Assembly: GCA_016219345.1 (NCBI GenBank)
Contig: JACRNE010000002.1
Coordinates: 1 to 62,829, forward strand
DNA length: 62,829 nt
DNA from: Candidatus Saccharimonadota bacterium
Lineage (GTDB): Bacteria; Patescibacteriota; Saccharimonadia; Saccharimonadales; 2-12-FULL-41-12
Direction of reading: 5' to 3'
In this document: piece by piece, positions 54,205 to 62,829 of the stretch
How positions within the stretch are numbered: position 1 is the stretch's first letter
Layout: every line of letters starts with the position of its first letter
Notes under the pieces: model-generated
The model's input: the letters and a program-made list of their open reading frames with translations, nothing else
Databases searched by the model: none
Told to the model about the DNA's origin: nothing
Made by a program: the position numbers and the translations under genes

Positions 54205-57200
54205 CTAAGGTAGAGGGCAGTTGGGGTAGTTGGATTGGCGGCATGGGGTGTCGAGTGGTTGTTGCTGACCACCAATAAAGGTTTTACCATGAATCAATCT
54301 CTTTCCTGGATCACTAGTAAATACGAAGGATAGATCTGTTATAGTCGGACCCCTAGATACATCTTCAGGGAAGCCCCAAGCATTTTGGCTGTCTATAGTT
54401 AAATTCAGGAAGAAATAGCGTGCACAACTAGTGTTACTACCTGATCCATCTTTTGGTGTGTAAGTTGAAGGTACCCCAAGAGAAACAGCTCCAGCATTTG
54501 TATTCTGACCCCAAGTTGTCATCGATGCGCACGAACTGCCAGCACCGCTGGTTGCTGATTTATAATTCAGATACCATCTGGCACCGTCGGCATTATCCAG
54601 ACCGTTAGCTACAAACATTGATGGAAATACATCTGTGTCTGCGTCGATCGCTAATGAATAGTTCGCTATGTGAGGCTGGAATTGCAAAGTAGCATGAACT
54701 ACCCTGTTAGCCCCTGTGAATGCCGCTCCGGTGCAATCGTAACCACCCAGCATGTATGCTCTGCCTCCGTTATACGCAACTGTTGGAGCATATCTAGCGG
54801 TAGTAAATCTAACATTTGTTTGCGACCAATAACCCAAAGATCCGTTAGCATTAATCGGTATAACGTAGGTGTTATTTGTGCAAGTAGTAGAGGCCGAACG
54901 TCCACCAAATATATATAAGAAGCCATTACTGGCAAAACCATCACCTTGCCTTATACGCTGAGGCAGCTTTTCTGTTGCTGACCAGGAGCCAATCGTACCA
55001 TCGCTAGCTATAGCTGCGTATTGAGCGTCAAGAAGATAGTTAGTTCCATCAAACCCGCCTAATATATAGAGGAAACTGCCATATGCAATAGCCACGTGGC
55101 CACTACGTGCAGTGGTAAAGGCTGTCATACCGGTGCTAGTCCAAGCTGAGCCAATATCGCCTCCGCTTGACAGAGATGGACTAGCATAGATTACATTTGA
55201 AGCGGCACTTGAACCATCGTTACCGCCAGTCACATAAATTCGATTATTCCAGACCGTGGAGCTATGCATGGTTCTACCAGCTGGTAGTCCGTTAGTGGCA
55301 CTTGCCCAAGTACTAATATCTCCGTTACTAGCGGGGGTCCCATAGTAAACATCTGTAACTCCAGCAGTCGATCCAGAAGTTTGACCGCCAATAAAGTAAA
55401 GTGTGCCACCGACTACCTCCATCTGTCCATGAGCCCGCACTGCGGGCAGCGTACTGTCTGTAGTATTTGCCCAGGTGCCTACGGTTCCATCATCGTTAAG
55501 TAGTGCAAACTGCGTATTATCAGTTGCGGTTGTACAGTCTGTGCCAGTTGTACAACCTCCAGCTATGTATAAATAGCCGTTATGTACGGCGGATGCAGCA
55601 GCATATCTATCGGTTGCAAATGTATTACCGCTCGAAGTAAATGATGCCGGTGAAGCACTATAGTTGTTATAAACTTGCACTTTTTCATTAACACCACTTT
55701 GGGCACTACAGCTTCCCGGCGGAGCACCAGACGTACAGCCACCAACTATATAAATATAGCCATTGGCAGCTGCTGCTCCTTCATTCCAGCGAGCCGTAAT
55801 GGTAACTGTTGAGGTCGTGAACGTGTTAAGTTCTCCCGTAGTTTGATCGATCTTGGCATATTGAATATCGCTTAAAGTGCTTGGGCCACTACCATCATGA
55901 CCGCCTATCACGTATATGTAGCCATTCACTCCAACAGCAACTCCGCGCCGCCTTAAGCTGCCCCCCAGATCTGAAGTTGTATCCCAGCCCCCAGTGGCAT
56001 TCCCATTGTCTGCCCTAACTATATTTCCACTAGAATTAATCGTGGCAAAAAATACTGTACGCGTTTGGGCATCACCGCTCTCGTTGGCACCACCAGCTAG
56101 GTAAATATACCCCGCGTAGTATATACCGGCCATCAATCCCAACCCTTCAGTCAGCTGTAGTTGGTTAGTTATAGCGCAGCTACTAGTTGCTCCGTCCGAA
56201 TGAGCAATATCACATTTATAAACGGTGCTTATGTAGTTTGAACAACCGATGCCGGTCCCACCAGTCCAACAACCACCAATAATGTATAGATTACCTGCAG
56301 TAGCACTATTTGATCTAGTGATAACATACATATGCCCATAGCCGTTGACTGGTGCACCGGTGTCAACATCTGGTAATACATCAGCTTGATTTGTCCAACT
56401 TCCCAGAGAGCCATCACTATTAAAAGAAGCTCTGAAAATATTGCGTACATAGTCAGTACCATTGGCACCTCCAACCACATATACATAGTTGTTGTATACA
56501 GAAACACCAGCGGCACCGATGCCCGTCGTACCGTTAAGCGTATCCGTGCTGTCAACGGTCCAAGAGCCTATGGATCCATCAGCATTTATCGGGGCATACC
56601 CTGTGTTATCACTCATGGTTGTGCATCCATTGTTAGCACAACCACCGATATTATAGATGTAACCATTATTTATAACTACGCCCATTGCTGTACGCCCAAC
56701 CTGCCCGGCACCAGCTCCAATTGTCGGCTGAGAGTTCTCAGTTTCTATAGGACCTATATCCCCATCATTATTGATGCGACCATAGAAAGTAGTCTCAAGT
56801 GTTGTAGTGGAGTTAGTGCAATTATCCGTTGTCATGCCACTACATCCACCTATCTGATAAATCGTGTTCCTCCAACCGACCAGTCCGTAACCAACTTTTG
56901 TTGTTGTTACTCCTGACACTGAAGTCCAGTCTGTTATGGATCCATCTGCGTTAATACTAGCTAGTTTAAGAGTATCGCTCGCAATAACAGTACTACAGTT
57001 AGTGGCCGTTAGTGCACTACATCCCCCAGTAACGTACATATACCCTCCCCAGATGGTTGCAAAAGAACCACCAAAAGTCATGCGCGCGCTAGGAAGAGCC
57101 GTAGTCGTTACCCAGGAGCTGGCCAGGCTCCCAGTGCTAGTGATCTTTATATAGCTGACTCCTGTTTGTGCAGTTGTGCCATTGGCGCCACCGACCACAT

Positions 57201-58830
57201 ATAAGTAGCCGTTGTACTGGGCAGACGAGTGTCCCCACCTGGCTGAAGCAAGCGCAGTCATGCCGGTGGTAGACCAAGCGCCCAAACTACCGTCTGGATT
57301 AATATCTGCATACTCAACGGTTGTGACACCCCCGGTAGCGGCATTTGTCTGCCCACCCATTAGGTACATTCTGTTGTTATACGCAATCGCCGAGGAATGA
57401 CTTCTCTCTGTACTCAGAGCACTACTTGAATCAAGAGTCCAGCTAATCGGTTCTCCATTCGCTCCAATCTTGGCATAATAAACATTAGTTGAACGCGCGC
57501 CGCCGCTGTCTTTACCGCCCATTACATATAGATAGCCATTGTATGCTGCCACACTCATAGAATCTCTCGCCGCTGGCAGGTCATAGGCAGTTCCTGTACA
57601 CCAATTCGTACAAGCTCCCGCTCCTGGGTTCGGCGCAGTTAGCGTGTAATTTGATGGGTCAAACTTCGCCCAATAGACATTGCTAACTCTGGTGGAACCA
57701 CTGTTACCTCCAATCACATAGACATATCCCCCCGCTACAACTGTGCCGTGATTCCATCTATCGGCTGGTAATGATGTAGTCCCAGTCCAGCTAGGAATTC
57801 GGGCGCCCGTAACAACACCTTTTTGGATAAGTTCGTTGGTAACATCGAAATCAACATTAGACTCATTATTACCGCGCATAAATTTTTGAGCTGTTTCTAC
57901 ATAAACGCTAGGGTCAATGCTCAAAGGATAACTAGCAGTTTTCATATTTTCTGCAACCACTTTTAGGTTGTTGCCATTTAACTCATAGTGAATTTTTACT
58001 TGTGAAGCCGTTTTATTTGTTTCTTTAACTACGGGAGCCGGTATGGTAAATAATAATTTGGTTTTATCGGCTTTTTCTCTAGCTTTTTGGAGTAGCGCTG
58101 CATCCTTGTCGCTACCCGTTGCTACATCGCCATTCAGAGGCAATTCTGAACCATATACCCCTATAGAACCGTCTTTTTCTAGCTTAGTTTCAAGGCCATC
58201 TTCAAGCTTTATCTCATATTCATACTCTACCCTGTCTCTGTTATATTTCTCTAAGACTATATCCTCCTTGACTCCCGTAGCTTGAGAAGTATAGACTAAA
58301 TATCCAAGATTTTGTTTAAGCTTATAGAACACTTGATTTTCTTGTTGCTTACCCTCTTGCAGCCTAAATTTAGGTATTAGTTGAAAATCTAGATCATTAA
58401 TAGGATCTTTAACTATCATGCCTTTTTGGGGATCCTTACTCAAAGAAGCAACTATCCGCGGACTGCCCGTATTTTCTGCCTTAACGTCTGAGTCCTGCTC
58501 TGGGCTATATGAAGAATTGTACTCAAAGCTATTTTTGCTTTGATCATATTTTAATAGTTCGGAAAACTTCTTGCTTGTTTTTGGTAGTAGATCTATTGCA
58601 CCTTGACTGAGCTGGTGCGGCTTTTCGTTTATAAAAGGCTGGAAAGCAGCTATTAGAACAGTTGCTATAATTAATATTGCAATAAAACCCGAATAGAGTC
58701 TAAACATCAAAGATTTTTTAGGCTTTGTCATCTCTAGGCTTTTTACGGTCAATCTGCCCATACGTTTTGCAGCTGCCCTTGAGGCCAATAAAGCTCTTGT
58801 ATTAGTTCTTTTTAGTTTTATATCATCCAT
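54205..58830 (-). CDS. giant N-terminally anchored surface protein with about 18 Kelch-type blades (three predicted 6-bladed propellers)
   Basis: 1541 aa; TM helix FIAILIIATVLIAAF near the N-terminus. I count 18 occurrences of the blade signature (N)GY[ILV]Y[VI]xGG ... DG[ST][IL]G[ST]W. Confidence 0.8.
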   Translation of the reverse strand: MDDIKLKRTNTRALLASRAAAKRMGRLTVKSLEMTKPKKSLMFRLYSGFIAILIIATVLIAAFQPFINEKPHQLSQGAIDLLPKTSKKFSELLKYDQSKNSFEYNSSYSPEQDSDVKAENTGSPRIVASLSKDPQKGMIVKDPINDLDFQLIPKFRLQEGKQQENQVFYKLKQNLGYLVYTSQATGVKEDIVLEKYNRDRVEYEYEIKLEDGLETKLEKDGSIGVYGSELPLNGDVATGSDKDAALLQKAREKADKTKLLFTIPAPVVKETNKTASQVKIHYELNGNNLKVVAENMKTASYPLSIDPSVYVETAQKFMRGNNESNVDFDVTNELIQKGVVTGARIPSWTGTTSLPADRWNHGTVVAGGYVYVIGGNSGSTRVSNVYWAKFDPSNYTLTAPNPGAGACTNWCTGTAYDLPAARDSMSVAAYNGYLYVMGGKDSGGARSTNVYYAKIGANGEPISWTLDSSSALSTERSHSSAIAYNNRMYLMGGQTNAATGGVTTVEYADINPDGSLGAWSTTGMTALASARWGHSSAQYNGYLYVVGGANGTTAQTGVSYIKITSTGSLASSWVTTTALPSARMTFGGSFATIWGGYMYVTGGCSALTATNCSTVIASDTLKLASINADGSITDWTSVSGVTTTKVGYGLVGWRNTIYQIGGCSGMTTDNCTNSTTTLETTFYGRINNDGDIGPIETENSQPTIGAGAGQVGRTAMGVVINNGYIYNIGGCANNGCTTMSDNTGYAPINADGSIGSWTVDSTDTLNGTTGIGAAGVSVYNNYVYVVGGANGTDYVRNIFRASFNSDGSLGSWTNQADVLPDVDTGAPVNGYGHMYVITRSNSATAGNLYIIGGCWTGGTGIGCSNYISTVYKCDIAHSDGATSSCAITNQLQLTEGLGLMAGIYYAGYIYLAGGANESGDAQTRTVFFATINSSGNIVRADNGNATGGWDTTSDLGGSLRRRGVAVGVNGYIYVIGGHDGSGPSTLSDIQYAKIDQTTGELNTFTTSTVTITARWNEGAAAANGYIYIVGGCTSGAPPGSCSAQSGVNEKVQVYNNYSASPASFTSSGNTFATDRYAAASAVHNGYLYIAGGCTTGTDCTTATDNTQFALLNDDGTVGTWANTTDSTLPAVRAHGQMEVVGGTLYFIGGQTSGSTAGVTDVYYGTPASNGDISTWASATNGLPAGRTMHSSTVWNNRIYVTGGNDGSSAASNVIYASPSLSSGGDIGSAWTSTGMTAFTTARSGHVAIAYGSFLYILGGFDGTNYLLDAQYAAIASDGTIGSWSATEKLPQRIRQGDGFASNGFLYIFGGRSASTTCTNNTYVIPINANGSLGYWSQTNVRFTTARYAPTVAYNGGRAYMLGGYDCTGAAFTGANRVVHATLQFQPHIANYSLAIDADTDVFPSMFVANGLDNADGARWYLNYKSATSGAGSSCASMTTWGQNTNAGAVSLGVPSTYTPKDGSGSNTSCARYFFLNLTIDSQNAWGFPEDVSRGPTITDLSFVFTSDPGKRLIHGKTFIGGQQQPLDTPCRQSNYPNCPLP

Positions 58831-58831
58831 T

Positions 58832-58993
58832 CTACATATCCATAATCTGCGAATCGCTTATTATTTGCTCAATCAGACCAGCCTGTTTCTTCAACTTGTA
58901 ACGAGAAAGTTTTCTCCGCTGAGGGCGGACAACTTCGTAGATAAGGCTGTTGGCTGTCATTTCTCTGGTTAGTGGTAATTTATCGTTTTTCAT
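58832..58993 (-). CDS. possible 53-aa basic small protein between the two giant genes (below the track cutoff)
   Basis: My translation gives MKNDKLPLTREMTANSLIYEVVRPQRRKLSRYKLKKQAGLIEQIISDSQIMDM. Its stop TAG lies 1 nt before the ATG of the 1541-aa gene. No homology evidence. Confidence 0.25.
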   Translation of the reverse strand: MKNDKLPLTREMTANSLIYEVVRPQRRKLSRYKLKKQAGLIEQIISDSQIMDM

Positions 58994-59001
58994 AATTTGC
59001 C

Positions 59002-62000
59002 TTATTGATTCGTATACGTGAAGTCCAGATTCTCTACATAAACATTTCCGCTACTCTTCGCGGTTACATTAATCTTGAATATTACATAGTCCCCGCCAAC
59101 AAATCCGCATGCAGTTTCGTCTCCACCAAAGGAAGTTTGTTGCCAGGTATTAGCTGTGTTATTTATGGTGGTCGCACTTCCGCAGGAGACAATAGTGCCA
59201 CCTCCAACATTCTTCCTAAAGACCTGCAACGTTGCATTGGCGTTTGTAGTGCTATCGGTCAATGCGGTTAACTTGATAGTGTTAGCGTCATTAAATCCAC
59301 TGAACGTGGAAGGCAGCTTGTATGTAACATATATTCCGTAAGTCTGATCAGTACCTTGAGGTGAAGTCCATTTATAGAAGTTTCGTGCTTCACCACTAGC
59401 ACAAAGGGTGCCGACGACCAAAACACTTGCCTGATTCGAACAAAAGTCCGCAGTCAAGGTTCCGACACCCGTGCCATTTAATACCGCTCCGGTATATTCT
59501 GGGGTAAGCGTAATAATGTTGTTGGGGGCAGATCCGCAAGCGCCCCATGCCGCTGTGCCGTTACGATTTTCGTAACACTGTAATTTTCCTTGAGTAGAAT
59601 CATAGTACATTGAACCAAGATATGCAGTCTGGCCGGTTCCGAACGGAGCACTAGCAGCAGCATCTAGCTGGAATACAGTGGTTGATGTGCCAGTTCCCGT
59701 GCTATTACCTATCTTTACTTTATTAACAGAAGTTGTATCTACGCTGAACATTGTGTCAGCACTGCTAGCACTCTGTACCTGGAAGGCTGTAGCTGAGTTC
59801 GTCGAGCTCTTAATTGTAGCCTTGCCGGTCGTGACAAATTCACCACCAACAGATAAGCCATTAGCTATGTCGGCACCACCAGCAACCTGCAAATAACCGA
59901 CTATGTTAGTGTTACCAGCAGTTAAACTACCCCCTGAGCCATTTCCATCAGCACCATTGCTATTTGAATAGCTTGTAAGATCAAGGTTTCCACCAAATTT
60001 TATGCGTTGAGTCGAAGTGTAATAAACCGTATTAGCGTAGTTTGCGTTATTTGTAAACGCTCCAGATATACCGCCAGGTGCGTAAATGTAGCCATTATAC
60101 ATGGCTCCTCCACCAAAGGAGTATCTATTTGCCGGCAATGAGCTTGCTGCATTTGTCCAAGCGCCCAAAGTTCCGTCAGTATTTAGTCTTGAGTATTCAA
60201 CGCTTGCATATGCAGTTGCACCATCTGTTCCAGTTGCGCCACCAATAGCATATACGTAGCCGTTTGATACAGCAGCACCGTGAAAAAACCTCGACGTATT
60301 AAGGTTAGAGTCACTGTCGGTAGACCATGCTGCTGTACCGGTTGAAGGATCAGCATTGATTCGTGCATAATAAGTAGCAGCATAAGATGTAGCTCCGTTA
60401 CCACCACCATAAACATATAGATATCCATTTGCTGACACTGCGCCAATACCATAACGGACAGCTGGTAGTAAGTCTGATTCTGTGGACCATGAACTAATCG
60501 TACCGTCAGCATTTGGTCTCGCATAGAATATTTCATCTTGCGAGTTTGTATTATCTGATCCACCTATTAGATATATGTATCCGTTTGCAGAAGTAACTGC
60601 AGCATCCCATCGTCTGTCACCTGCTACCGATCCAAGATCAGCTGTTGTAGCCCAAGACCCAACAGATCCGTCAGCATTAAGCTTAGCATATCTAACAGTC
60701 CTTAGTGCGTTTACGTTATCTGTTGTTCCACCAATTACATACAAATAACCATTAACGACTATGGCTGAGTGTCTACCAAGAGCAGCTGGAAGTGGGTTAC
60801 TGGCTGAAGTCCAGCTGTCTAAGGTGCCGTCCGTTTTTATTTTCGCGTAACGTATAGTAGTTTGGAAGCCAGGTGTTGGTGATCCTGAGTAACCACCTAT
60901 TATATAGATATATCCGTTGTGAGTTACAGTCGCATGAGCACCCAAAGTAATGCTGCTTGGTATGGCAGTTGTGGTTGCCCAAGCCTGAAGCTCAGGGCTA
61001 TTGTTTCCACCAATTGTAATTACATTGTTTACACCAGAGATAGAGTTATCAACACTGAAGTAAGTAGCAGTTCCTGCAGCATTCTGTATCTGGAAGGCTG
61101 TAGTTGAACCTGTAGATCCACCAGACTTAACAGTTACACCAGCGCTTCCGCCCTGAATTGTGGTGTTGCTAGTCAATGCAGTTGAACCAACAGTTACTAA
61201 GTTAGATCCCGATCCCGTTGGCGTACCAGTACCTATGTTTATGGTCTTACCGCCAGCTACAGTTGTGTTGCCTGTTCCTATATTAAGAGTGTCTATTCCA
61301 ACTGTGTTGCTGCCTGTTCCGAAGTTAAGAGTTCTAGCTGCATCGGCCGCAACGTTACCTATGTCTATTTGAGTAACGCGATCATTGTTACCCATTAGCA
61401 GTGAGGCTGTACCATTGGTACCAGCTGCTCCTGAGAGGATATTAACTATGGTAGAGCTAGAAGCATTAGACATACTACCGTTACCAATGCTTATGGTTTG
61501 AGTAGAACTGGCTCCAGGGGTAGCGCTACCAATGCTAATGGTATTTGTAGCAGTAGATTGACCTATTGTTATCTGGCCAGTTGTGCCAGTGCCGCCGATG
61601 ACAGTTGTCCCAGCGACTGCTGCAGTGTTGATAGCGACGTTATTATTGCTAACTGTTCCTATATTGATGGTGCCACTAGCACCTGCTTGGATGTTTACTG
61701 CGCTAGAGCCGGTGCCGCCCTGAATGGTGGTTTGAGTAGCCGCAGTGGTATTACCTATTCCAACAGTTGTGGCATTAGTGAAACCTAGTCTTACTGTTCC
61801 AGCGCCCGTGGTATCTAGATCTAGAGTATTTGTACCAGTTGCTCGGATGTTTAAGCTGCCTGGGTTAGTTATTGTGGCACCAGCGGCACCAAGGTTGATA
61901 GTGCTGGCTGCACCGAAGGCATTGATGGTGGTGGCGGTAGTATTAAAGACGCTGAATGTAGTTGACGCTGTGTAGACTCCAGGAGAAGTTGAGTTAACAC

Positions 62001-62829
62001 CGAATATAGTTGTTGGAACACCACCATTCACTACCCCCACAGTAAAGGCATTGGTTGAGGTAAATCCATCTGATGACTGAATAGCAAATCCGGCATTTGC
62101 GCCAACAGCTAGTAGGTTTAGGTTATTCTCATCTTTAAGCTGGAAGATATCTGCAGTTTGAGCAGTTGTTCCTTGTATGACTGCACCTACGCTACCCGCA
62201 GAGGCTGACTTTATATTAAAGTTGGCATTTGTCTGCTGGGTTGTAGCATTCTGTATATAGTTACCTGTAGAAAATGCTACGTTTCCTGCAACTCTCCAGT
62301 ATCCAGGTGAAGCAGCATCATAAACCAAAGTTATGCTGCCACCTGCAGCCAGAGTTATGTTAGCTCCAGTACCTGTGATAATCTGGTTACCTGCGCTGGA
62401 GCTACCGGAGTTGTTGGATATTGTTGCGCTTTGGCTGGCTGCATTAACAATAGTCAGGATTTCCCCATCCCTGCCATTTGCTATGCCGGTTATTGTCTGT
62501 GCAGATGCACCTGTTAGACGTACCAGTGATACTTCGCCAAAGTTAACATTATTAGATGATCCAGTGGTGGAGAAGTCCGTCCCTCGCTTAAACGCAGCAG
62601 ATCCTGTAAGGTCAAAATTAGCTCCCACATCAAGACTATCATCTGTCTTCAAAGTATTGTTTGCAGACCTATAAAGATTTGTATCTGTACCGAAGGTTAT
62701 TCCACCAGCTGCAGTGGTAGTATTTGTTCCTATAGTTAATAAGCTGTTTGCTGGAGTTGCACCTATACCAACCATACTGTTAGTGGTGTCTGCTATAAAT
62801 AAGTTGCTAGTTCCAGCCGCATTTTGAAT
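59002..62829 (-). CDS. giant surface protein, 5'-truncated by the window edge: G/T/N/A-rich beta-helix-like repeats, 6 Kelch blades, and a C-terminal Cys-containing domain
   Basis: The track ORF starts at Met 62775, but the frame stays open to nt 62829 (IQNAAGTSNLFIADTTNSMVGIGATP...). Kelch blades lie at about 60000-60985 (GYIYIIGG, GYLYVIGG, GYIYLIGG, GYLYVYGG, GYVYAIGG, GYIYAPGG). Confidence 0.8.
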   Translation of the reverse strand: MQNAAGTSNLFIADTTNSMVGIGATPANSLLTIGTNTTTAAGGITFGTDTNLYRSANNTLKTDDSLDVGANFDLTGSAAFKRGTDFSTTGSSNNVNFGEVSLVRLTGASAQTITGIANGRDGEILTIVNAASQSATISNNSGSSSAGNQIITGTGANITLAAGGSITLVYDAASPGYWRVAGNVAFSTGNYIQNATTQQTNANFNIKSASAGSVGAVIQGTTAQTADIFQLKDENNLNLLAVGANAGFAIQSSDGFTSTNAFTVGVVNGGVPTTIFGVNSTSPGVYTASTTFSVFNTTATTINAFGAASTINLGAAGATITNPGSLNIRATGTNTLDLDTTGAGTVRLGFTNATTVGIGNTTAATQTTIQGGTGSSAVNIQAGASGTINIGTVSNNNVAINTAAVAGTTVIGGTGTTGQITIGQSTATNTISIGSATPGASSTQTISIGNGSMSNASSSTIVNILSGAAGTNGTASLLMGNNDRVTQIDIGNVAADAARTLNFGTGSNTVGIDTLNIGTGNTTVAGGKTINIGTGTPTGSGSNLVTVGSTALTSNTTIQGGSAGVTVKSGGSTGSTTAFQIQNAAGTATYFSVDNSISGVNNVITIGGNNSPELQAWATTTAIPSSITLGAHATVTHNGYIYIIGGYSGSPTPGFQTTIRYAKIKTDGTLDSWTSASNPLPAALGRHSAIVVNGYLYVIGGTTDNVNALRTVRYAKLNADGSVGSWATTADLGSVAGDRRWDAAVTSANGYIYLIGGSDNTNSQDEIFYARPNADGTISSWSTESDLLPAVRYGIGAVSANGYLYVYGGGNGATSYAATYYARINADPSTGTAAWSTDSDSNLNTSRFFHGAAVSNGYVYAIGGATGTDGATAYASVEYSRLNTDGTLGAWTNAASSLPANRYSFGGGAMYNGYIYAPGGISGAFTNNANYANTVYYTSTQRIKFGGNLDLTSYSNSNGADGNGSGGSLTAGNTNIVGYLQVAGGADIANGLSVGGEFVTTGKATIKSSTNSATAFQVQSASSADTMFSVDTTSVNKVKIGNSTGTGTSTTVFQLDAAASAPFGTGQTAYLGSMYYDSTQGKLQCYENRNGTAAWGACGSAPNNIITLTPEYTGAVLNGTGVGTLTADFCSNQASVLVVGTLCASGEARNFYKWTSPQGTDQTYGIYVTYKLPSTFSGFNDANTIKLTALTDSTTNANATLQVFRKNVGGGTIVSCGSATTINNTANTWQQTSFGGDETACGFVGGDYVIFKINVTAKSSGNVYVENLDFTYTNQ

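Noticed and set aside
1-62829. Alternative genetic code (UGA recoding), as seen in some CPR lineages.
   Set aside because: Long ORFs close normally with TGA/TAA/TAG. Both RF1 (PVT, GGQ) and RF2 (SPF, GGQ) are intact in this window, so standard code 11 fits.
1-62829. CRISPR arrays, tRNA/rRNA/tmRNA genes, IS elements, integrases and prophage genes.
   Set aside because: Intergenic gaps are nearly all under 160 nt. None shows direct-repeat/spacer periodicity or a tRNA-like cloverleaf sequence, and no transposase- or integrase-like ORF is present.

Overview
Gene-dense chromosomal segment with about 58 CDS. Most intergenic gaps are under 80 nt and roughly 85% of genes lie on the minus strand. No rRNA, tRNA, CRISPR array or transposase was recognised. 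All calls come from reading the supplied translations and the DNA by eye; no searches were run.

The core is housekeeping:
- Aminoacyl-tRNA synthetases: glyQS, serS, class I lysK, and a 416-aa proS without an editing insertion.
- Translation factors and ribosomal proteins: prfA-prmC, prfB, frr, tsf, rpsB, rpmA, rpmE2, hpf.
- Other housekeeping: secA, pyrG, greA, recO, xseAB, lepB, parAB.
- Envelope and division genes: ftsEX, a PcsB-like CHAP hydrolase, ctpA, rseP, a CPBP protease, htrA, and a disrupted LCP ligase.

Both RF1 and RF2 are intact, so the standard code 11 applies. The compact genes, class I LysRS, short EF-Ts and ProRS, sparse biosynthesis and giant surface proteins fit a reduced-genome CPR/Patescibacteria (Saccharibacteria-like) organism. 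That placement is inference, not proof.

Most interesting observations:
1. An approximately 11-kb co-directional locus upstream of parAB encodes exported beta-propeller proteins. These are a 1541-aa protein with 18 Kelch blades, a protein of more than 1275 aa that runs off the window (G/T/N-rich repeats plus 6 Kelch blades), and a 632-aa PD40-like propeller.
2. A 7-TM heliorhodopsin-like protein keeps the TM7 lysine, appears to lack the counterion Glu, and carries a polybasic N-terminal tail.
3. Two unknown genes, one with an HExxH motif, sit between tsf and frr where pyrH usually lies.
4. A decaying two-component pair: a frameshifted mini histidine kinase and a receiver with Glu at the phospho-acceptor position.
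5. A pheA-tyrA-aminotransferase operon in an otherwise biosynthesis-poor context.
6. A stand-alone Cas4-like Fe-S nuclease.
7. Promoters placed for leaderless mRNAs.
8. Convergent gene ends with zero to 3 nt of spacing.
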